NCBI GenBank assembly: GCA_050575255.1
Contig: JBNZDD010013732.1
Span: 19,375,608-19,439,607 of the forward strand
Source: Harriotta raleighana
Lineage: Eukaryota
DNA length: 64,000 nt
Reading direction: 5' to 3'
The notes under the pieces are model-generated. The model ran no database searches. It was not told the origin of the DNA and worked only from the letters and a program-made list of their open reading frames with translations. The translations under genes and the position numbers were made by a program. Below are positions 13,031 through 26,327 of the stretch, piece after piece; positions within the stretch are counted from its first letter, which is position 1, and each line of letters begins with the position of its first letter.

Positions 13031-16000
13031 CCAGCATTGAGACACTTCAAAGCACTTCACAGAATGCACTGTAAAGTGGATTGATTGTGTTTTATGGGCA
13101 AATACACAGTCAAATATCAAATACTATATCAAACGCAAGGAATTATTATTTATTTTCTATTTCCCCTTTGTTTAATGTCTTAAGAATATTTTTCTTTGCA
13201 ATCTCCTTGGCTTTTTGTCTGCCTCGCCTTATGTATTTGATTAGTTGGCCCTAACCATCTTTCTGGTTGGCCCCTCCCTCCATGAGTCAATGCACACCAC
13301 AAGCTCAGCCCTATCATTTAGTTTCAATCTTAATGTGCGATCTGTGGAGCTAACAGTTACACATGTCAATTTTGTGGTTGCAGTACAATCTGAGGCATTA
13401 TTAGAATGGGATTTAGGAAGAGGGCAGTCAGTAATCACACACAGCTTGTCTTTACTGAATGTCGGTAAATTTAATGACTGGTGCAATTTCTACTCCAGTG
13501 ACTTTTCTAAACACAAATTTCCCTAGCGGCCGTCATTTCAAGTCCCTTGTACAACAAGTTAAAATTTAATGCACGAAAATCGAAGCATTTCAGATAATAA
13601 TAATAATATGCATCTGTTCAGAGCTTTTAAAAAAAAANCCCTAGCGGCCGTCATTTCAAGTCCCTTGTACAACAAGTTCAAATTTAATGCACGAAAATCG
13701 AAGCATTTCAGATAATAATAATATGCATCTGTTCAGAGCTTTTAAAAAAAAAAGTGTATAGCCCTTGGTATTATTTGAGAGATCATTGGTATAATTTCAT
13801 CCAATATTATACATGAACAAAATAATTTGTGGTTTGAAACTCCTGATTGTCATCTTCACAGATTAATTCTCAGGCACATTTTTGCTTCTGTTTTCTTCAA
13901 CTGTGGTACTGCATATATTTTATATCTACAAATTGGGGTTTCAAAACAAGTTTTAGCATCATTTAAAAGCTATGTGATTCTATAAATGAACACACATTTC
14001 CCCCCTTCTCAGTGCAGTCCTCCCAAGTGTCAATCACCATTCCTTAGGTGGGGGCAATGGCCTATCCTTAGACCCAGTCAGTACTACTGTTCTCTGTAAC
14101 CTGCTGGGGATGTTTCAGGATAGAGCTGTACTCAAGCTTATAGCCTTAGAGGGGCTTGGTTCTATTATTGGGCTATATGATGTTTGCTGATTGCAGCCTG
14201 ACAGAGTTAGATGTGCAATTTAGCTTCAGTGGTACCAGGCTAAAATAACTTAGGGTTGCTACTCCTGAACTCTGTCCAGTGCCCCCCTCCCCTCCTCCCA
14301 ATCGAAAATATGCACGTTAAGTTTGAGAACAGCTCAGGCTTGTCCGAGATTTACTGTGTAAATTAACACCTAAACAATGACCAATTGGGTGAGTAATTCT
14401 GGAGTGACCTAACAAAACCTAACAAAAGTTAGGGAGTTTCGGGAGAGAAGGTTGATGACATCTCATATTTAAAGGGGGTGGGGAGACAGAGCCAAAAAGT
14501 ATTCTTAAATAAAATAAATCATATTTGGGAATTCACAAAACTTTTTAATACCGCAACTATCAAGTTAGATTAAATAAGAATTTGTTTTTATATTCATAAA
14601 CTGACATCCATTATACATTTAATACAACAAATCAAACACTTGCTTCAGTGATGGACCAAAGAGTCTTACAGCACAATTTAACCGATTTCACACACAAGCA
14701 CAACATCCACCTAACCCTTTGAGCACCAACAGAATATCAAATGGTCCAATTGTTTAAAAATCATTGTTTTGTTTCCGCTTTTCATGAAGGTCAAGTGCCA
14801 GCATTCTTGGGTATCTCGTCCAAATGAGCATTCTTCACGGGGAACCTAGACAATCATTGTGGGCAGGCTAGTTGACAGCATTGCAGCCTAAACCAACTCT
14901 CATCCAAGGCCTGAAATCTTGGTTGGTATTCTGTCACAGTTTAGGCAACATGGGAATAATGTGGGAAAATCCCATTCCAGGCCAACAGCAAAGTTGCTAC
15001 ACAGAACTCCAACATAAATTTCAGCCCTATGATGTCCACATTAATATGCACTTTCACTGTCTATTGAGAACTTTTGCTTATCTAACCTGGTTGCTGAAAT
15101 TTAGTAATCCCAAGTGCTACCTCAACTGAGATTTGCTAATTGAGCAGAGTCCAGGATTTGTGAATTTTGAATCTCCAANATTTGGTTGCTGAAATTTAGT
15201 AATCCCAAGTGCTACCTCAACTAAGATTTGCTAATTGAGCAGAGTCCAGGATTTGTGAATTTTGAATCTCCAAAAGATAAATTAGAGAAATCAGCATAAA
15301 CTATCGGTCATTGGTGCCCCTTCAGTTCTGAAAGGGTTAATGTACAATGGCTTTGCAAACTATACTGGATGCAAAGCCAAGACACACACACTAGGTGGCA
15401 CAGGAGTTAAGCATTTGACAAAAAAGTTTATATAGTACTGTACTGTATTGGCATAACAGGAGCAGGAGAGGAACGAGCCAGCAAAAGCATCTCAACATTC
15501 TCAATGACAATCCATGTTAAACATTCTCAAATTGTACTACTGCAGTTTAGAAACAGAACAGTGTGAAGACATTTCACTGAAGGCAGTCTTTGGAGAAGAA
15601 ATTTAGCTAACGTTCCATTTTTTTAACATATCAAATAATAGATTAGTTACAATTATTTCAGTTCTCTCAAAACCCTGGGTTGGATGGTTGCATTATGAGT
15701 TAAGATGGAAAGCTTTTCGCTCACAAAACTGCATTAGTTGTTTTATGAAAAAGCAAATGTTTTCACTTTTTCCAAAAAAAACTTGCCAACAGCACTGGCA
15801 GAATATCCACATAAGTTAATGTGTTTTTTGGTCTACTATTTCTCACATTTTAAAAAAAAAACTGTATAGAGTATATACTATTACTGTATTTCAGTATTTC
15901 AGATTGTTTTACCGTTTTCTTGAGAACTTCAATTCTCACAATTTTCTCAACTCTCTCACTTGAGTAAATACCTCTTTGCATTGAGAAATAGTGAAAGATT

Positions 16001-16572
16001 CTAGTAGATTGCAAATCAAAATTTGAATGGAGTTCAATGCTTGTTTGGAAACAAAAATAAGGCTCTTAGTTGACAGAAGAATGATTGTGCTCCAATTATG
16101 TCAATAGAGGGATGGGGTAAGATTAATTCGGACTTGGTCCAGGCACGTGCAGAGTTTAAAGAACTTACACGTGGCAGTGTGAGTAAATAAAAAGCTAGGC
16201 ATCAGTGCTGCCCCTGGCACAGCTGGCATGACTGTCAAATAACTAGGCTGCCAGGAGATATAAAACATGACAGACCTCAGAGGAGTTTTGCCTTCCTCGA
16301 CTCAGGAAGGATGGTGTCAGCCCTTGTGATTTATGTTGTTAATTGTTACAGTTGCTGTTGTAGCAGGAAATAAAAGCCAGCTTGACATGCGAGCCACTCG
16401 GACCATTCTTATTGGTTGGACAGGGGCAGTGGCCATTAAGAATGTGCTCTAGGTGAATGGGGCCAATGTTAATGGTCAGTTGTCTGTCATGAAGTATATC
16501 TCTTGGGGCTTTGGGATAGTAGAGATAGTCAGGCAGGAAATCTCGAGTAAAGGATTCTTAACAGCAGGACAA

Positions 16573-16578
16573 CATGCA
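16573..16578 (-). promoter_or_regulatory. RBFOX motif UGCAUG ~70 nt downstream of exon 6
   Basis: Plus-strand CATGCA; hexamer match only. Confidence 0.3.
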
Positions 16579-16646
16579 ATAAGTTTACAATGCTCCTGCA
16601 TGAGATGACTATATTCTCATGCCTTTGTTTGTAGAGAGATACTGAC

Positions 16647-16719
16647 CTTGAGGTCCCTGTGCACTATGTCATGTTGGTGAATGTGATTAACGCTTTCTAG
16701 GATCTGATGAATGCATTGA
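16647..16719 (-). CDS. CAMK2G: CaMKII gamma exon 6: (S)[24 protein letters not shown], catalytic loop
   Basis: 73 nt; acceptor TTGTTTTGCAG, donor GTCAGT; phase 2/0. [16 protein letters not shown] is the gamma-paralog-type sequence. Confidence 0.96.
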
Positions 16720-17864
16720 CTGCAAAACAAGGCATAGGGAAAAGACACAAGGCGTGTTTGGGAGAAGGAAGGGGAGGAGAAAACATAGGATCTGTGAATA
16801 CCAAGGAAGTGAAGAGACGACACGCTATTGCACATTGCACAGCAACAATACCCGTGATGTTCAGTCTTAATAAAACAACCATTCCATCTGGCATTGGTAA
16901 CCCAGAAAAAACATCAACTGATGTCATATCCGACAACAGGAAAAACATTAATCATACAGATTCTTTACTGGGCACTTAGATAAATATGGACAGTTTCAGG
17001 TCATTGATAAATCTGTTAATTTTTTTAAAAGATTTTTTTCCACGCGGTATGTGATTGCACAGTTCACATCCTTCTGTAGCCACTCTTTCCTCATAAAGGA
17101 TTTTTTGACACTTAAGTGTTTTTTAAAATAAATCGGGTTTAACATTTGCCAAATTGAAAATGTTTAACAGCTATTTAATCCTGGTCATCCTTGAGGTACC
17201 AACATCTGATATTTCCATGTGGAAAAGTGAGTCAACTGAAACAGGCAACAGAAAAGCAGAGATTGACTCAAGTGTGTCAAGTGAAGTACTGGCACAGCTT
17301 AGAGAGAAGCTGACCACAGAGATCACTGGGGTTATCCCATCCTGAGTGAAATTGTATTGCCGTTTCTATACACGGAACACAATAAGCACATACACAAAAT
17401 GACCAACAGTCGGTGCTGTTAAATCAAAGAAAGCAGTAACATGTTATCAATTTTCACAAGTCAAACATTTCTTCTTCACGTTTTGTTGACAAAATAGAGG
17501 GAAGTTCGAAAGTGCCCCAATGTTATTACAGAAATGAAACATTCAATTAACAAAACATGGATTCACTAACTTAATTAAAGTTTTGTTTAAACATTGGATA
17601 ACTGATCAGTTATTCAGATGATGCACTGACCAAAGATTCAACAATGGATGAAATCAAGTCTTGTTTAACAAAACGTGCGCACCATTATCTCAGCTTTGCA
17701 AAGCACCCCATAAAGCAAGCCACAGTTCTACTTATTTATTAAGCAAAACCAATTTGACACTAATTTGACCCTCTGTAAATCAATGTTGCATCACGTAAAT
17801 CCTTCAGAAAAATCTGTTTTGGAATGAATTGAAGAACATCGGGTTGGAGCTGAGTAATGTATAC

Positions 17865-17979
17865 AGCACTCACATACACACAGTCAATTCAGTTTACGGT
17901 ATATTCTGTGAAGTGCTGTGAGACATCTATATAAAAGATGTGAAAAGCGCTATATCAAATGCAACTATTATTATTATTA
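17865..17979 (+). mobile_element. 3' half of the tRNA-SINE family
   Basis: Same 3' module with a (TTA)n tail. Confidence 0.75.
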
Positions 17980-19639
17980 ATGTTAGTTGTAAAGATGTAT
18001 TATCTTTGGGATTAGGGAAGGTTTCTTGTGGAAAGGTACATAAAGTTTTTGGAATGGGGAAAGTGGTTTGCCTCTCTCAGGAAATCATTTGTTAAATCTG
18101 TGACAGAGCTAAATTGTACTTAATCCTTGCATTTTCTTGGGGTACTCAGTCCTTATTCAGTAAAAGGAATAACATAACAGGTGTTCCATCTTTCTCCTTC
18201 TTATGTTCTAAAGCAAACAAACATTAACCTGCACAGTGGTAGGTGGTGTTGACATCAAATTGTCCTGTATCTTTCCAGAAAGCTTTCTCCCATAAAGCTG
18301 GCAACACTATAAATTCAATCTCATAACAAATTGCTTTTGTTTCACAGTTGAGCGGATTTTGTGACACGTTTGCCCTACGCTGTATACACTAAAGAAAATG
18401 TTGTTACATCCAGATGATGGAACTGGTACTTGAATTTTGCTTCATGTGGAGTAGGCAAGTAAGAAGGAATTTCCTGCTCCAGTGGCATTCAAAAAGAAGC
18501 TCTGGATGAGAGTTTTGGATGAGGCCTTTACACTGCTCTTTCCTTAGAAATAGTGAAGAGCTGGTTCTTGTCCAAGAGTGAGAGACTTCTAAAAAGCCTT
18601 GATCTTCAAGCTCATTCAATAAATCAGAACAGTAAGATCCTATTCTTAATATACTATGATATAATTGATTTTCGACCTTAATCCACTTTTTTGGGGGCTA
18701 ATATTAAAATGAGATTTTATTCCCTAAAATGGCAACAGATAGTAAATATTCTGAATTGAGGTGTACAGTTGCTGCATTACAGTGGAGATTACTGCATTAC
18801 AGTGTGCAGAAATGATTGCATTTCCTATTTCAGTGTGTGCAAGTGTGGTCGGTGTTAGACTTTGCTTGGTACTTTGGACACCAGTTTACTAGGGTGACAT
18901 CTATTTTCAGAGAAAGCTTGCCTGCTATTAGTGGAATATTTTGAAAGAGGAGTTTTGATAACATGTAAGGAAAGTAAGGAAAGTATTGAGTCAGAAATTA
19001 AATTGTCGGATTCCCACAAGGAACCATCTCAACACAAAGAATCAGTGTGAAGGAACATAGAAAATTAGCAAAAGAATTAAAACCTTTGAAAAAGATATTG
19101 GTTTTCTGAATTGAACTGAATTGATTTAAAATAAGAAATCCAGTGTTCCAGTATCCCTGTACAATTTGCATACTATATACTGTATACATTTTATATAGAT
19201 ACATACACACAAGCATATATAGATAAAATGTAGAATATATTTCCTCGGGATCTTGATTCAGTTTCCTCAGGAGACTATTAATAGTAATGAAGCACTTTAG
19301 TACTTCTTGTGACATCATGTGAAGCATCCTATCTCCCTTCTGACTTTCACCTTTGTTCTGGAAAGCATGAGTCAGAATCTAATAATACAGAGAGACTGCA
19401 GATATTAAGCGCGCATTTAAATTCAAGATGAATTATTCTGTAAAAGAGCATTTTGTTCCCCATCCAACTATTCTCCCTTCCTTTCCCCTACTCAAGAGGG
19501 TGAGTCTCACTCAAGTGCTGTCACTAGCAGTTCTCTGGTCCATGATATACAAGGTCATTCTTGACATGAGGGCCGTTGGGAGTGAACACAATACAATCCC
19601 GGGGCACTCTTTCCTGTTTGTGAGTGGGTTGGTCACTCG

Positions 19640-20180
19640 TTAGTGAAAAGGATGGCGATCTCTTGATAGCTTTTCAGAAGGGTGTGGACTGTGATTTTGA
19701 AAGGTAGTAGGAATAATGCGAGAAGATACGGAATGGTTGACCACATCCGTAATAAAGGGGCAGAGGTGCCAATTGGGTTGTCGGAAGCTGGACAGGAATG
19801 GGATGGGAGTTATGAGACCAGGTGGTGAGTTTGATGCGAGAGATGAGGATGGAGTGAGATGAAAGAGTGGGATTAAAGCAACTCATCAAGAAGAAAAAGC
19901 AACTCATTAAGAGGGGAAAAAAAGGCATTACAGCCTTGAAGGAAAATAGCACAGAATTAAGTCTGATTCGACAACAGAAGGCATGCCAGGACTGTCAAAG
20001 AAGTAGAGATGGCGAAAGTATGCCAAGTGGGAGCATGGGGATGGGGATACAGTCAGGCAGATTTAATGATTTTGGTCATGAGGAAGCCCAGGTCTGCCTT
20101 CAGTTAGTTTCAGAGGTGAAGATAGAGGGGGCTTGAGGAGGAGAGGAATTGAGGAGGTGAACAGAAGGGTGGGACAACGT
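19640..20180 (-). mobile_element. Degenerate L2-type LINE fragment
   Basis: Purine-rich plus strand resembling the L2 at 59540-60504; no intact ORF. Confidence 0.4.
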
Positions 20181-22574
20181 AAATGTATGGTGGGATTTAA
20201 TCTATTTTTGCTGAGGCCTAGCGTATTTGTTTTTAAAAACTATACAAATCTTGTCATGTGTATCCACAATCACTGGCTTGTGGGAGAAGAGGGAATCAAC
20301 CGAAGGTGACATTACTTGTGAGAATGAACATCTGCCTTTATTTCGTGATGTGGAAATAATGATAAATGTTTCCTATTTCTATTATTCCCACACATGTAGT
20401 ATGTTAATATTTAATTGGCCTGGTTATAAATAGTTCACAAGAAGAGTCTTATTTTACTTTCCTCTCCTGAGAACCAAGTGCATTGCAGCGAGAAATCCAC
20501 TCGGGGGAAACGCTACAGTATTAGACACAGCCGGTGAAACACTTTTTTGTGTTTGGGTACAATGCTCATGACTCTCTGGTGCTGTGCAGAAGAGTGAAAC
20601 TTTCACTCTTCAGTCATGAATGAGAGGTGGTTTTGTTGTGCAACATTCACTAGAATAACTAAAGGGACGGCTGATAAAAGGCCACAAACAAGTCTCTGTG
20701 GAGCGCCATAAGGCAGTGAAAGGCGAGACTTGACTTCATCACACATCTATTGCCAAGGCCTTTGTTTGGTGGTCTATAATTTTCTGAGGGACAAGTGGTT
20801 TTGTGTTGATGAGCAATGTTAAAAAGGTCGCTGTGGCTGAATGTGACTAAGGCATAACATTCAGCACAGTACGACTCAAACAAAATGAACCATGATCCAA
20901 TTTTTGCAAACTGCTAATCTTTTTTCTCCAAATGGAAAAAGCAATAGCTAACATTATTCTAACTCAGTGGACAGAAGAACAGTTTGGTAAACAGTTTAAT
21001 TTCTTTCTACATTTTAAAATATATATACTATATATACAGTACTGTACTTGAATAATAATTTTGTGCAATCTAGAATTGTTGGTTATCAAAATATGTAAAA
21101 TAAGTGTTTTATCAAAAGAGGAATATTTCAAGCAGTAAATATTATGACACAAGCAAGTTAAATATCAAATTTACATTTAGCACCATAACACTGATGTTAG
21201 TTTCAATATTGAATGCAAACATATGCATGAGAATTGTAAAACAAACAGTAAATTTAAGGGGTTTTATCTGTGCCTGCAATGGGAATTGTAAGAGTTCAAT
21301 TGTCTCTACATACATTAACCTGGGTAAGATTACAAAGATCTGACGTTTCCTCATGGTGACAGGCCAGGTAGTACATTTCTGACTCATCACTTCTCATTTC
21401 ATTACAAATCACTCCTCACATGTGCTAAATCCTCACCTGCGCAAACATCTTGTCTGTGTATCACCCCAACTCTTGAGTAACACTCAGTATAGAAGCCAAA
21501 ATGGTTAACCTGAGTTTAGTTTTCATGGCAACAACAGTTATTGATTAAATCCCTTTTTGTTTGATCCCTTTGGTTTGATTCCTGGTGCTTTTCTAAGTGA
21601 AGTGATTTAAGCTGAGGCAGTATCCCGGGGGTAGGGAGGGCAATATAAAACTGGACCACACACCCGATATCCCCATCTCACCATCACCCCAATGAGAGGT
21701 GAATGTGTTTGTGGGCGTCAGATGAACTTCAAGCTTAGCTGGCTAACATGTGTGGAAACTTTTCCAACAGACTTAAGAGAAACCAAACCGAATGAGAATT
21801 CCATGCAAATCACCTACAAATGGAGAGTCCAGAGATTTTTGGAATGGAATGTGCATTCTCTCTGTCGAAGGATGCATCCCCGCCTATCTAAACAGGAAAA
21901 ACCCGCACTCTGGAGTAGAGCAAGGCAGTGCAGGGCAACTTGGTAATAATTCATAAAGCAAAGTGCCTTCAGGAGAGGAAGAAGCAGAAATAAAGAGTTT
22001 GAATTTTTACACAAAAGTGTTTAGATTTTTAATAGGGCTGTGATTGACTGCATAGAGTGTACCAGGATAACATGTTGTATCTGCTGCGGTGAGTGTTTCT
22101 AATCAGTACGCATGTTATCACCTAGCAATAATTCTAAGATAGTCCCTGAAGTTTGCAGAAATCATTTGGATTTGATTATATTCCTTAAGAGGAATCTCAT
22201 CTGTTCTGTGGACTGAATGGCTGCCCAGCAGAATGCTTGTTCACAGTAGCGATGAATTAAAACACCAAGCACCAGTTGCACTGCATTTAGAACCCCCCTT
22301 GAGATGCAGGGAACCTTGTCTGACCTGGAATAAACAGAACACGTCACTGCTGATGACGAGTTCAGAAAGCTGCTTCACTTACGTAACAGCTCAGTCCTGC
22401 AGTTCTGACAGACTAATAATCACTGTGGGGAGGCCTCTGTGTATCCAAAGATGCCAGACACTCCAAATATTCCCTACACCTTGGAAAGAAACCTGGTCCT
22501 GGGTCCAGGAGAATAAGGCTTTGATTTGGGAGTCTATTTAGCCCCACCCTACTTCAGCAAACTCTTAACCCCCT

Positions 22575-22804
22575 ACCAACCTGTCCGCTACCTCTGCTAA
22601 ACATGCTCTGTCCTGCTCCATGTTCCCGACCCACCCACCCAATCAATGACGGGCGAGCCTTCAGCCATTCTGCCCCCAAGCTCTCGAATTCCATCTTGCA
22701 ATCCCTCTGCCCCCTTCCTTGCCTCCTTCAACTCCAGCACCTCGGGACTTCCTGTCTACTTGAAAGGCGCTATATACAAATGTAAATTTGTTGTTGTTGT
22801 TGTT
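22575..22804 (+). mobile_element. L2-type LINE 3' end with a (TTG)n tail
   Basis: Encodes DGRAFSHSAPKLSNS (compare GGRAFSFSALTLWNS at ~59.8 kb), then GAAAGGCGCTATATACAAATGTAAATTTG(TTG)n. Confidence 0.75.
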
Positions 22805-23734
22805 TCTTTGGAAGTCTATTTGGGTTTATTTGAAATGTCATGATTGATTGCTTTTGTTCCAAAGGAGAATCAAAGGCTGGACCCAAAGCAATAGGCGTGA
22901 CTTAATGGTTTCCTGAGTTTCCATTTCTGTAGCTGAAGTCTAGGGATGCAGAAAGCTCTCGTTTACGAATGAGAGAAGCTGGCAACATGTAGGTTGCTGA
23001 GAGCAGCAGGAGAACTGTCTCCAGAACATTTATCTACTGAATCAGCTCCTCCTCCTCATCAGGAAACATTTTATTCCAAACTACAACATGGAGCTCATAG
23101 GAACACCCGCTGGCCTTTGAGAGTGCTCTACTAGTAACACAGGCTGAAATTCTGTACTTCATTTTGTCAATATTTCCTCGTATTATTTTTACACAGGTAC
23201 TAAAAGGATTTAATGAAACAACAAGTTGCTGCCTTGACCAAGCCTCAAATGGTCAGGCATATAATTAGGAATCGTTAAATGAGTAGTGGGGGGCCGAATG
23301 GGGACAGTGATACTGTGGAGGAACGGATTTGATATCTTTTTCTCGTATCGAGTTCGTATTGCTAAATTATAGCATTCTTGGACTAGAATCTGTGGTGCCG
23401 AGTGGTTCAAATCAGTACGCAAATGCTGCATACTTTCAACTAGTCATAATTCTAAGATAGTCCCTGAAGCTTGCAGAAATCATTTGTAGCTGGAATTTCC
23501 TGAAACTGTTATTACACTGCTATAACTTCTAACTAACAATGAGGGTGGTCCCATTCAGTTAACACAGAAAACCTTGACAAATAGAGAGAGAGAAAGTAAG
23601 ACAGGACTGAATCATGATATATTCTTCCTTCTGTTTGCCTCAAGGATCATTTGTGTACGGTTACAACCCCACACCCCTCTATCAACCAGGAGTCCACTTG
23701 AATGTTGTAATATTTACAGTTATAACCATTCATG

Positions 23735-24165
23735 TGCGGCTCAGTAGGTACCATTTTTGCCTGAGTCGGAAGTTTGTGTGTTCAAGCCAACAAACTCAGT
23801 CTAAGATGGCATTCCAATTCTGTGCTGAGGTGTGCTATAATATTGGGGGTGTTATCTTTTGGATAAGATGTTGAACTGGGATCCTGTCTGCATGCTCTGC
23901 ATGTTCAGGTGGATATTAAAGATACCATGGCATTAATCAAAAAGAGAAGGGAGTAGTGTTCTGGCCATTGTTCTGGCCAACAATCCCATGGACAAAATTG
24001 CTCACTCACTTCGTGGCTACTTGTGGGAGATTGTTATGCACAAATTGACTGCAATGTGTACCAATAAACATACAGTCATTACACTTCACAGTAAATTCCT
24101 GTGAAGCACGTTGGGACATCTTGATGGCGTGATAAAGGCTATACTAGATGGAAGGATTATTGTTA
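23735..24165 (+). mobile_element. Deu-domain SINE (AmnSINE1/SacSINE1-like)
   Basis: GGTGTTATCTTTTGGATAAGATGTTGAAC..TTCAGGTGGATATTAAAGATACCATGGCA core plus an L2-like tail; homologs at 53540 and 61150. Confidence 0.7.
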
Positions 24166-26261
24166 ATCACATCTCAGACCCTGGTCAAAGGGAATCACAG
24201 CTAATGTAATTGCTTGGTAACATGCTGACTATGGATATTAGAGACAGCAGTATTAAAGAAAGAGGGAGCTAAAACAAATAGCCTTGCAAGACAATCAACA
24301 GTGACAGTTTCCCCGACAGACCCGGAGTAATTCTTGTTAATTGTAAATTGCTGTAGCTCACAGATATGCATTTAAAATAACTCTAAATATCTGTCCTGGT
24401 GTTATAGATGTGACCTCAAATGTGCACTATTATCCATTTCCTCAGCTTTGTATGCTGCTGCATATTATTAGTCACTTATGTGAATCATTTCAGTACTTTT
24501 GTCCTGAATTACAATCAATACCCACATAATGTGGCTTGTGATTATTAGAGATTTTCAGGGATTAAGACCCTTTTATTAAATAACAGCAGCTAAAGGCTTT
24601 CTTATTATCCAACATGCTCTCATTTTGTAAGTCCCCATCAACGGGTTTTTGATAAAATGGCTTGCAGCCTGCTTTATCCTGACCTGACAGTAAGCTCGCT
24701 TTCCTCACGCAGACATCTTTGTTATTTGCTTGTTTACATGATGTCACTGGGGTTATGCTGTGCCATGCATAAGAAAAATGTAATTGCTTATCTAAATATC
24801 TACAAGTAAATGCATTATTTTACAACAGAAATACCCACAAGCTAAACACAAATGACTTAATCTTGACTCTGTTAAGTAAATCAGATTTCCCTAGAGTTCA
24901 TACATTAAATGTCAAAAACTTTGGAAGGCAACCACCAGTAAAAAATTGCTACTGATAACTGCATTTCAACAGAATCCATCTGCATTTGGAAATTCTCTGA
25001 TCTATGTAATGTACACTGTATGGCATGGATAGAATTTAAGCAACTTTCCAATCACACTTATTTTAATAATGAATATAATGCATTTCATTTTGAATCATTC
25101 CTTTTTTTTTAAATCCAGGTGGATGCAAAGAGCAGGAACCCAGAGCAATTGCATTGGAGAATTAGGGATGAGACAATGCATTAAGTTGTGATTTCAAGGC
25201 AGAGAGGAGGAGCATGCAATAGGACAATTTGGAGCTTGGATGGAAAGTTCAGAAGAGCAACTGACTACAATGATGTCCATAAAATAGAGACATAAGGGCG
25301 CAACAGTGAGAAGAGGGAAAATATTACGATTGAGTATAATACAGTTCTACAATTGAGCCAAAGATTATCTAACAGACAACAAGCCTTTTCTTATGTCCTG
25401 TCCATGTCTGCAAGACTGTTGCTATAAGTACTTCACCAGATATAGGAGCAGCAAAAGACTCAGGAAACTCAGAATTGATTGTGTTGAATTTATATTAATT
25501 AATTGATAATAATGCATCGATTATTGATCAACCAGCAAAGTTATTTTCAAGGGACATCAAATGAGTCTTTTCACACAAATAGTATGCACATTGGCAATCA
25601 CGATTGCTTTTGTGAGTTACTAAACTACAGCTGCAAACACAGGACAATAATTGGATTTCTGGTATGAGTAATCCACTGTTCTGGTCTTCATGAGGAGATG
25701 CCAGCTTTCATCACGTTTGATCAAAATTTGATATCACTAAAATGAAGACTTAATGTTAGAGGACCAACCATACTCAGATAGCTCTGCCCTTGGGTTCCCT
25801 GCTCACCCAATTTCGAGAAGAAGCTAGAAAAAATGACATTAAGTTTGAGGAAAGTCCAATGCAGCTTTCAAGGTTATTGACGTAGTGAGTGTGTTTACAT
25901 TCACAGCTCATTGACAACTCCAGCAGATGAACTGTGGCACCATGTAGGTACTTGTCCAATGGTTAAGTATAATTTAAATAGATACATCCTGCATATGTTG
26001 GGAGAAAAGTCAATTTGCATTTCATTTAAACACATATTTAACAACCTGTATATGTAGAATATTAGATATATACTAAAACAAAGACATTTCTCAATCCAAA
26101 ATATTGGCCCAATCTCTGTGACTTTTTGAACTATTCCCCAGAGACTATTTATTAAAGATCACTTACAGTATGAAAAGTCCTCATTTTGTGTTCAATTTTC
26201 ATTAATAATGAATGTCCTATTAGAAGGACAACATCAACCCAGCAAATTGTGGGCTACCTAC

Positions 26262-26327
26262 CTTGCGTCTGCTTCACTGTAGTATTCCCTGGCCACGATA
26301 TCTTCAAAAAGTTCACCTCCAGTAACC
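26262..26327 (-). CDS. CAMK2G: CaMKII gamma exon 5: VTGGELFEDIVAREYYSEADA(S)
   Basis: 66 nt; acceptor TTTTAATTCATAG, donor GTAGGT; phase 2/2. Confidence 0.96.

Noticed and set aside
16860-16905. CAGATGG..GTTGTT..GACTGAA as another exon 6 remnant
   Set aside because: Needs several indels and has no flanking splice sites in phase; likely chance.
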